From a virus (Duplodnaviria; Caudoviricetes), in IMG/VR virus record IMGVR_UViG_3300028920_000088, positions 1-52,015 of that record: 52,015 bases of DNA; one strand, written 5' to 3'. The position numbers and the translations under genes are program-made. Shown here in pieces: positions 45,198-52,015 of the stretch (position 1 is its first letter; every line of letters starts with the position of its first letter). A model generated the notes under the pieces. The model was not told the origin of the DNA. It did not search any database and worked only from the letters and a program-made list of their open reading frames with translations.

Positions 45198-46796
45198 ATG
45201 GCTCAAGCAACCACAGGTATAGGGGTTCTAAACCAAATCATTCGGGAGGAGATTGATTTCACACTCCGTGAGTCTCTCCCGGCAATCGCCCCTATATTCG
45301 ATAAGATTGAGAATTCCGCTGTCAGTGTCCAGCGTGATAAGGGCATAGGCAGGGGATGGAAAGTATTGCATACATATGCCGCCGGTGATGTTGCTGGTCT
45401 CATTGAGACCTCATCTCCGACCGGCCCAACCTTCAGCTCCATGATAGGCGGGGACGCCGACTACGCTCAGGCACACATGCTTGATATTAGTTCGGATCAA
45501 AATGGTCTGGATATATTCCCGACCGCGTCTCACTCTCCCCATACCGCCGAGATTCAGCGTGAGCTTTCTCTCCATAAGTCGGTTGGTAACTACTCGCTGC
45601 CGGTCCACTGGTTGCAGGCTGACGCTTTGTCGGCTACGGTGGTCAAGAAGGTGGCCCGCGACATTCAGGGTATAGGTAAGAACAAGGCTATCCAGGAGGC
45701 TTCCAGCTTCTTCAGCTATTGTGTTACCAACTCTAGCGGGTACCAGAATCAGGTTCTGGGTAGACTAGCTGCAAATGCTTCTGACAACTCTGGAACTACC
45801 GGTATGATCGACATCACGATTGATGAGGCATACGGTCGTATTTCTAACTTCCGGCAGGGTATGGTAATTGACATACATAAGGACTCGTCAGGAACTTTCC
45901 AAGAGGGTACCGATCTTGACTTGAACGATAGGAAGAATGTTGATGCTAGCGGTTACATACTAAAGTGTATCGTAACGGACGTCGACTTCTTGGCTAAGAG
46001 AGTAACCTTTATGCCTATCGACACTTCCGATGGTACTATGCCAGCTTTTGCTGATGGGTATTATGGGAGTGTTGCAGGAAGTGCTGCTTTCCTTGAGGAC
46101 GATTGGATAGTTATTGCTAATACAGGCACCTACGCCGCTGGGTCGAGACCTCAGTACAGTTGGGGTCTTAATGACTGGCTCAAGAGTTCTGGCCAACTGA
46201 TGGGTGGAGCTGCTGGGTCAGGTGCATTGGACCTGACGTACTACAGTCAGTTTAAGAGTCAGGTTGTGGCTGTTAATAGTCCGCTTACCGACGATGTCCT
46301 GAACCGGTACATTGCTGGTTACCTGGATGCTTATCCCGGCATGACTATCGACACGCTCATCACCACGCAGGGCGTCAACCAGAAGTGGTTGCAGCAGCCG
46401 CAGCTTGGTGCAGGACGCTTCATGTACGACAGGACCGGTAAGTCCCTTAAGATGAAGGGCGGTTGGTCTGAGGTCACATACGAGTGGGGCGGCCGTACGT
46501 TTAGCTACGTGGTCAGTCCGATGTGTCTCTCGAACACGCTGTACGGCCTGAACTTCAGTGGTGGGAACATCACGAGGTACGTGCCTCCGGCGGTTGGTGG
46601 GTCCAGCTCACAGGTTGGCGGGGTTGAGTTCCTCGCTCCTCTGGGCGGCCATAGTGGCATCTTCAAGATTGCCCATAGCTCGGGTGGTGCTTCGCAGGAC
46701 CTCGTTGAGGCTCCGTTCTGGATGTACCAGCTGATAGCTCCGACCGATCCGAAGGGCATTAAGCTCACTGGCCTGACGGAAGCTACGATGACGTAA
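45198..46796 (+). CDS. Major capsid protein
   Basis: 532 aa after the scaffold gene, with biased codon use, a WGLNDW segment, LITTQGV and a typical C-terminal G.KLTGL. Confidence 0.75.
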   Translation: MAQATTGIGVLNQIIREEIDFTLRESLPAIAPIFDKIENSAVSVQRDKGIGRGWKVLHTYAAGDVAGLIETSSPTGPTFSSMIGGDADYAQAHMLDISSDQNGLDIFPTASHSPHTAEIQRELSLHKSVGNYSLPVHWLQADALSATVVKKVARDIQGIGKNKAIQEASSFFSYCVTNSSGYQNQVLGRLAANASDNSGTTGMIDITIDEAYGRISNFRQGMVIDIHKDSSGTFQEGTDLDLNDRKNVDASGYILKCIVTDVDFLAKRVTFMPIDTSDGTMPAFADGYYGSVAGSAAFLEDDWIVIANTGTYAAGSRPQYSWGLNDWLKSSGQLMGGAAGSGALDLTYYSQFKSQVVAVNSPLTDDVLNRYIAGYLDAYPGMTIDTLITTQGVNQKWLQQPQLGAGRFMYDRTGKSLKMKGGWSEVTYEWGGRTFSYVVSPMCLSNTLYGLNFSGGNITRYVPPAVGGSSSQVGGVEFLAPLGGHSGIFKIAHSSGGASQDLVEAPFWMYQLIAPTDPKGIKLTGLTEATMT

Positions 46797-46821
46797 GAGT
46801 GGTTTGACAATTGAATAGAGA

Positions 46822-46907
46822 CCCCAGGCTCGGGTGGATTCATACGATAATATGTTCATATGTTTCTTTCCTTCCTTCTTCGGGTAGCCCGGCCTGGGGG
46901 CCTTTTT
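46822..46907 (+). terminator. Large-loop stem plus T-tract after the capsid gene
   Basis: CCCCAGGCTCGGGT...GCCCGGCCTGGGG followed by CCTTTTT; the loop contains TTTCTTTCCTTCCTTCTT. Confidence 0.5.
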
Positions 46908-46942
46908 CCATCAATAGAAAGTTTAGTATAGGAGTATAGAAA

Positions 46943-47920
46943 ATGGCATCAACAAATCCAATGTTGACCTCCGACTTGATCGCCAAGTACGGATGGCAAG
47001 TAATGCCCTACCTGTCCAACCTCGGAGTCAATCTCCTTGCGGAGGCCGCTCTTCTGTTTGTCGATAGTGGAGCTACGAATGCCCTCGACGCGGACGATGG
47101 TATACATGGGCATAGTTTCCAGTATCCTTTCGCAACAGCCAACTTCGCAAATTACATGGCAACTGCCAGCCAAGGAGATGTTATTCTTCTGGCCCCAGGA
47201 CACGCTGAGACTATCAACGATGGTGGTACAGCTAGTTCCACTGCCACAGACGAACTGGTCATGGATAAAATTGGCGTGACCATGCTTGGTATCGGCACCG
47301 GCACTTTGCGACCCACGTTCACTATGGGGAGTGACGATACTACTGCAACCATCAATATTACAGCGGCCAACTGTAGGCTGTCTAACGTTCGAGTTATCTC
47401 GGGCCTGGCTGACTTGGCAATAGGTATTACGGTAGCGGCTACAGCCGACGGAACAGTTATAGACAACTGTGACATTCGAGACGGCAATGCCGCAAATAAG
47501 GAAATGGTGATCGGCATCAATGTTGCAGCCAACGCGGATGAGGTGACTATCAAGGACTGCGTGTTCGAGACAGTGGCAAGCGGTGGATGTGCTAATGCTA
47601 TCGTTCTGGCTGGTGGGTGTGACCGTGGTCAGTTGGTAGGAAACGTAGCATACGGTACGTATTCAGCCGGGACAGTTCTTGCCTCTGCGGCAGCCAGTAC
47701 CGGACTCATCATTACCGACAACATATTCGTCAACGAGGGTGCGGTAGCATTGGCACTTAATGCGTCTACTACAGGACTGGTGGCTAGGAACTTCCTTGGA
47801 GGAACCACTAGCATGGCGGCTGCCTTAACAGGTGATACAGCTGTATGGTGCTTCGAGAACTATATTTCTGGTGCTGCGGGTGCAAGTGGCGTTATCAATC
47901 CGGCTGTTGACTCTGAGTAG
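46943..47920 (+). CDS. Right-handed beta-helix virion protein (head fibre/decoration-like)
   Basis: GDVILLAPGHAETI and G.GTLRPTFT with beta-helix repeats. Confidence 0.65.
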   Translation: MASTNPMLTSDLIAKYGWQVMPYLSNLGVNLLAEAALLFVDSGATNALDADDGIHGHSFQYPFATANFANYMATASQGDVILLAPGHAETINDGGTASSTATDELVMDKIGVTMLGIGTGTLRPTFTMGSDDTTATINITAANCRLSNVRVISGLADLAIGITVAATADGTVIDNCDIRDGNAANKEMVIGINVAANADEVTIKDCVFETVASGGCANAIVLAGGCDRGQLVGNVAYGTYSAGTVLASAAASTGLIITDNIFVNEGAVALALNASTTGLVARNFLGGTTSMAAALTGDTAVWCFENYISGAAGASGVINPAVDSE

Positions 47921-47958
47921 TCCGATAGTTTAGTTTAGCATAGTATAGGAGATAAAAA

Positions 47959-49353
47959 ATGAATAAGTATGATGTTACTGGACAATACGGGTTCGATGGG
48001 TTTCCTACAGGAGCTGGGACGGCTACAGCCGTAGGTACGTCCAGCGGTAAAACCTTATATGTGGACTCAAACGCTGCCAATGCTGCGAACTCAGGTGCCT
48101 CAGGACAAGGGGAGAGCTGGCTCAATCCGTACGCTACGGTGAACTATGCTATCAGCCAGTGCTCCAACGAGGGTAAAGACGTTATCTTGGTGGCCGGAAA
48201 TCATGCAGAAACTATTACCGACACCAGTACTACCAACTCTAGCGGTTCGACTACGGGCGTATTCTGTGTAGATAAGGCTGGGGTCACTATCATAGGTATG
48301 GGGAGGGGGACCGGACGGCCAACCTTTACGCTTGGTACTGCGACAGACGCCACTCTTGAGATCCGTGCAGCCGATGTTACCATAAAGAATCTGTTGGTCG
48401 TATCTGCCTTGGCGGATGTGGCTGCTGGGATCACGGTATCCAACGCCTGTGATGGAGCTACGATTGAAAGTTGTACGTTGAGAGACGGCTCAGCTACTTT
48501 GGAATTGGTATTGGGCATAAGTATATCGGCAAGTTCCGACGACGTGACTATTAGGGACTGTGAGTTTATTACTACGGCTGCTGGCTCCGGAACACTGTCT
48601 GCTATCAAGACTGTTGGTGTTGCTTCCAGGCTCCGAATTTACGACAACGTCTTCATGGGTGACTGGAACGCTCAGGTGATGGACTTGGACGCGGCCAAGA
48701 TAACAGACTTGTTGATACGCGACAATATTATCAATAGTCTGGATTCTGGCGGTGTGGCAATTGATACCCACTCTACCTCTACGGGCGTGATTACTGGAAA
48801 TACTATTCATGTTGGGTCTGCTGTTGACTTCGCTATTATCGCGGCTGCTTGTGCGGTCACCGATAATATCGTGATAGTTGCTGAGGGGTCAAATGGATTC
48901 TTGTCAGCCTCTACCCCAGCTGTTGGGTATGCTCAGAAGTCCTATTCTACCGCTACGGCTGCAAAGCATAGTTTGTTTACCGTGGCTGGGGGTCCTGTGA
49001 AGATGACAGGATTTTATGGTCTGGTTACTACCGATGTGGAAGATGCTTCCGTTGACATTAGTATCCAGCATACTACTACTACTCCTGCTGGAGCGGTAGA
49101 ATTGGCGTCCGATCTCGTATGTGACGATGATGCTGCTGGTACGATTTACAACCTACCGGCTACACTCGGCGATCCATTGGAGGCGGTAACCGCCGGTACC
49201 CATGCGAATATCGAGGCAGACACCATATTGCCTATCGGCACTCTCAGCTTTACGCTAGAGGACGCAGCAGATACGGAGGGGGCTTATACTTGGTATATGA
49301 GGTATGAGCCTCTAGCCGCAGGTGCATACGTGGTACCAGCTACAACCGACTAA
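47959..49353 (+). CDS. Right-handed beta-helix virion protein, paralog of the upstream gene
   Basis: YVDSN...G.SWLNPYATVNYA, DVILVAGNHAETI and GMGRGTGRPTFT. Confidence 0.7.
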   Translation: MNKYDVTGQYGFDGFPTGAGTATAVGTSSGKTLYVDSNAANAANSGASGQGESWLNPYATVNYAISQCSNEGKDVILVAGNHAETITDTSTTNSSGSTTGVFCVDKAGVTIIGMGRGTGRPTFTLGTATDATLEIRAADVTIKNLLVVSALADVAAGITVSNACDGATIESCTLRDGSATLELVLGISISASSDDVTIRDCEFITTAAGSGTLSAIKTVGVASRLRIYDNVFMGDWNAQVMDLDAAKITDLLIRDNIINSLDSGGVAIDTHSTSTGVITGNTIHVGSAVDFAIIAAACAVTDNIVIVAEGSNGFLSASTPAVGYAQKSYSTATAAKHSLFTVAGGPVKMTGFYGLVTTDVEDASVDISIQHTTTTPAGAVELASDLVCDDDAAGTIYNLPATLGDPLEAVTAGTHANIEADTILPIGTLSFTLEDAADTEGAYTWYMRYEPLAAGAYVVPATTD

Positions 49354-49360
49354 CATCCCC

Positions 49361-49406
49361 TAGGGTCTCGGGTCCCCCTACCGTGGGGGGCTCGACCCTA
49401 TTTTTT
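49361..49406 (+). terminator. Intrinsic terminator
   Basis: TAGGGTC..CGGGTCCCCC-loop-GGGGGGCTCGACCCTA followed by TTTTTT. Confidence 0.65.
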
Positions 49407-49417
49407 AGGAGTTTATC

Positions 49418-50530
49418 ATGTCTGTAGAAACCAGACCTATGAAATGCGGACCGAATTGGCCTATCACACATTTGAATGGGAACGCTGCTAGGTCTACTAC
49501 ACTACTGAATGCCCCAGGGAGTGCCCTTAGTCATTGGATTACAGGATACGTTCTGGATGGACTGACCGACGATGACGGATTCCACCTCCTCCGCAGAAGT
49601 TGTGTCCAGTTCACAACTACCGACACCTATACAATAACAGATACAGGGACGACGTTCGATACCGGAACAGAAGCAGCCAGTGGGCACATGACAATAGAGA
49701 TGTGGGTATATGTACCTACTGCCACCGGAGCCCACGCTACGTTACTGAAGAGAGGCGACCCTGCTGCGGACGGTTGGCTACTTGAACTTACCTCAGCAGG
49801 TATTCCAAAGTTTACTATCCATGATAGTTCCGCAGCTGTTACACAGACAGCCACCCACTCTGTATTCGATAAGTGGGCCCTCATTACTGTTGTCTTTGAA
49901 CGAAACTCTACTACAGGACTGAAGATATATATTGACGGCAAAGTGGAAGCCGCCTCCGCTGGATCAGCTGATACTACGGCCTTAAATCTCACATGTGACG
50001 GTGGAACCACGATAGTATGCACTGGGGTGTCAAACAAAAAGCACTATCTCGGACCCCTTGGAATATATATTGGTTCTAGTGCTGCCCTATCTGCCGCTAC
50101 TATCCTCTCCAACTACAATGGTGGATATGGCAGAAAGTATGACGGCTCGGAGACCGGCTTGGTTGCTGGCTTCAACAACGACGAGGGTACGGGTACGGCG
50201 TGTTATAACATATTGTCCCCCACTACCGGGTTGGTTGCCCTAAGTGGTACCGAGTGGGCCCCATACAAACAGGACGGGTCTACCGCAGCAGTGACTATCA
50301 TGGGTCCCCCGTTCGAGTCTTTGGAAGAGAAGTCTATTCATTCCGACGGGGAGCAACTCCCTGCGGTAGGGAAGTTCGGCACCGGTAAGCTAAGTACTAA
50401 CGGCATCTGGAGTCCTGTCGTAGCGACGTTCCCGCAAGCTATCAAGATTGGGAGAGATAATCCTGTCCGCATCTTGGAGACCAACGGAGCGTTCACTCTC
50501 AAGCTGTTTGGATTTACTGATGGTTATTAA
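49418..50530 (+). CDS. LamG/concanavalin A-like lectin-domain virion protein
   Basis: MTIEMWVY, DKWALITVVF, LKIYIDGK, ALSAATI and LVAGFNNDEGTG are LamG-like motifs. Confidence 0.75.
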   Translation: MSVETRPMKCGPNWPITHLNGNAARSTTLLNAPGSALSHWITGYVLDGLTDDDGFHLLRRSCVQFTTTDTYTITDTGTTFDTGTEAASGHMTIEMWVYVPTATGAHATLLKRGDPAADGWLLELTSAGIPKFTIHDSSAAVTQTATHSVFDKWALITVVFERNSTTGLKIYIDGKVEAASAGSADTTALNLTCDGGTTIVCTGVSNKKHYLGPLGIYIGSSAALSAATILSNYNGGYGRKYDGSETGLVAGFNNDEGTGTACYNILSPTTGLVALSGTEWAPYKQDGSTAAVTIMGPPFESLEEKSIHSDGEQLPAVGKFGTGKLSTNGIWSPVVATFPQAIKIGRDNPVRILETNGAFTLKLFGFTDGY

Positions 50531-50533
50531 CCT

Positions 50534-51403
50534 ATGGACCTAGGCGTACGTGAAATCTTGAAAACTGGCAAGGAGCTGATGGCTCCGACGAACCAGTATA
50601 TGCGGGACGAGTCCAACAAGATGATACGGGGCGGGAAATACTTCCTGCCCTACGCTTTATCGAAGGCAATCGCTCCTACCGCATGGGTAATCCCAGGCGT
50701 GACAGCCAAAGAGATTAATAAGAAATTGGATAGGGACTTCGCGGACAAGGTGGGGGGATTTGGTAAGCCCCTCGCCAACGTCTCTGCGGAGGCCCTGGTG
50801 TCTGCCACTATAGGAAAAGGGCTGCGTATGAAGAAGCCTACTGTTACTACGAAGGCCCGTAAGATGGCTGGTATGAAATTGTCTGCCGGTCTGAACAAGG
50901 GGGCGGCCTCCGCAGGAAGTGCTATGGATAAGGCCCACTCGAATTTCTTGCTTAGGGCGGAGAAGGGTATATCGATGAGTGACTTGGTTGAGAAGGAGAT
51001 TGCTAAGGGCACTCCCGTAGGAACCGTTCAGAAATGGTACAGACAGGCGATGCAACTTAGAGAGGAGGCCGCCAAGATAGCAGCATACCAATCGAAACTA
51101 TCCTCCGGGGCTAAGGCGACTGGCAGTGCAGCAGAGGGGGTTACTAAGTATAAAAAGTTACCGTCGGATAGTCTTAGGTTTGCTTGGAAGGCCGCCAATA
51201 AAAGGTATGCTGAAGTTGCAGCTAAGGCTATGGGTCTCAAACCAGAAGAGCTTGAGGTTATGCACAAGGCGACGAAAGGTTACGATATCGGCAACGTGCC
51301 CGCTAGGAAAGGAGCCGAGGCTGTTTCAAAATTTATGGCAGACTCTCGTTGGCAAGTGGAGGCGAATAGGTGGTTAGACACGATACTAGGTATGAAAAAT
51401 TAA
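50534..51403 (+). CDS. Hypothetical basic A/K-rich protein
   Basis: 289 aa ORF in the structural block. Confidence 0.55.
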   Translation: MDLGVREILKTGKELMAPTNQYMRDESNKMIRGGKYFLPYALSKAIAPTAWVIPGVTAKEINKKLDRDFADKVGGFGKPLANVSAEALVSATIGKGLRMKKPTVTTKARKMAGMKLSAGLNKGAASAGSAMDKAHSNFLLRAEKGISMSDLVEKEIAKGTPVGTVQKWYRQAMQLREEAAKIAAYQSKLSSGAKATGSAAEGVTKYKKLPSDSLRFAWKAANKRYAEVAAKAMGLKPEELEVMHKATKGYDIGNVPARKGAEAVSKFMADSRWQVEANRWLDTILGMKN

Positions 51404-51418
51404 GACGGAAGGAAAGAC

Positions 51419-51817
51419 ATGTTCGGAGACGCATATCCCTATCGCGAAGGGGAGATTAAGATACTGCCTGAGAACGATACGTTGAAAGGCATGAAAGAGC
51501 GAGTGAAGGGAAAGGAGCCTTTGCTCGCTAAAAATTTGTTCTGGTATTACCATCCGAAGCACGATAACTATGTGATAGCAGAGTGGATCGGACGACCAAA
51601 GCTCTACTATATCGACAAGATTAATTTGGGGCCCAAAGGTATTCAGGGGCTGACACGGGAGAAGTACGATACTTTCCTGCGGAGGTCCCTTGAGCCTATG
51701 ACGGCACAGGAAGTCATGCAAATGCAGGTTGAAGAGGAATATAAATTTCACGTAATGTTACAAGAACATCAGGCCGAGGAGAGAGAGCGGCTAGAGAAGA
51801 GAGCTAGAGGAGAATAA
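51419..51817 (+). CDS. Hypothetical protein
   Basis: 132 aa with SD GGAAGGAAAG. Confidence 0.6.
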   Translation: MFGDAYPYREGEIKILPENDTLKGMKERVKGKEPLLAKNLFWYYHPKHDNYVIAEWIGRPKLYYIDKINLGPKGIQGLTREKYDTFLRRSLEPMTAQEVMQMQVEEEYKFHVMLQEHQAEERERLEKRARGE

Positions 51818-51818
51818 C

Positions 51819-52015
51819 ATGTTAGACGAAGGCGACAAAGCTCAATGTATGGAGATAGCGAGGGAGATTGTGGAGAAGGTGATGGCTGGTCATATAGCAT
51901 CCTGTCCCCATGGGCAACTGATGAGGCGGTCCAAGGCGTGGCTCCTTGGTTGTTCGGTGGGGGTGGGATTAGGTAGTGGCACTATCGCAGTGGCACTTAC
52001 AAAAATATTTGGTGG
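51819..52015 (+). CDS. Partial membrane protein (holin-like), truncated by the window end
   Basis: SD GAGGAG, then MLDEGDKAQCMEIAREIV...HIASCPHG...AWLLGCSVGVGLGSGTIAVALTKIFG. Confidence 0.45.
   Translation, partial: MLDEGDKAQCMEIAREIVEKVMAGHIASCPHGQLMRRSKAWLLGCSVGVGLGSGTIAVALTKIFG

Larger units (their letters stand above)
4124..51685. repeat. Dispersed genome-wide motif (GG)CCTCCGCAGG / CCTGCGGAGG(CC)
   Basis: Exact 10-mer starts by hand count. Forward: 6107, 8923, 13155, 14899, 17457, 21431, 23782, 28008, 34602, 42853, 43779, 50907. Reverse: 4124, 9532, 15582, 18800, 25778, 28044, 32901, 36051, 37769, 41277, 44322, 51676. Near-matches at about 2992, 10487, 24121, 31245, 42101, 47037, 49587 and 50783. 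Confidence 0.9.

Noticed and set aside
4124-51685. Dispersed motif as CRISPR repeats or IS ends
   Set aside because: Only 10-12 bp, kilobases apart, in both orientations and mostly inside intact genes; no transposase is present.
1-52015. Stop-codon reassignment, diversity-generating retroelement or prophage integration module
   Set aside because: Genes are full length in code 11 and use all three stops. No reverse transcriptase, TR/VR pair, integrase or flanking host genes were seen.

Overview
This window is most of a tailed dsDNA phage genome with a podovirus-like layout. It appears circularly permuted, and essentially all credible genes are on the + strand. Gene order is: tail and putative internal-virion genes (75-12732); a replication, recombination and nucleotide module (12843-25708) with a UDG-fused family-A DNA polymerase, two sigma70-region-4-like proteins, ERCC4 and PD-(D/E)XK nucleases, a Sak4-like ATPase, an SSB-like protein, a helicase-like ATPase, and MazG, HD and metallophosphoesterase enzymes; a probable early region of small genes (26005-35343); a largely non-coding control region (35344-37018); then packaging, head and decoration genes (37803-52015). 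I recognised no integrase, CRISPR array, tRNA or endolysin. Two signals stand out. First, the early region holds a complete four-gene ubiquitin-like conjugation operon (27760-31495): a Ubl ending GGG-NC, an E2-like protein fused to a Cys-rich zinc-finger array, a JAB peptidase and an E1/ThiF enzyme. Second, a 10-12 bp motif, (GG)CCTCCGCAGG, occurs at least 24 times exactly by hand count (12 per orientation, in many reading frames and in intergenic DNA), and two copies form a hairpin inside the Ubl operon. All calls come from motif reading; no searches were run.
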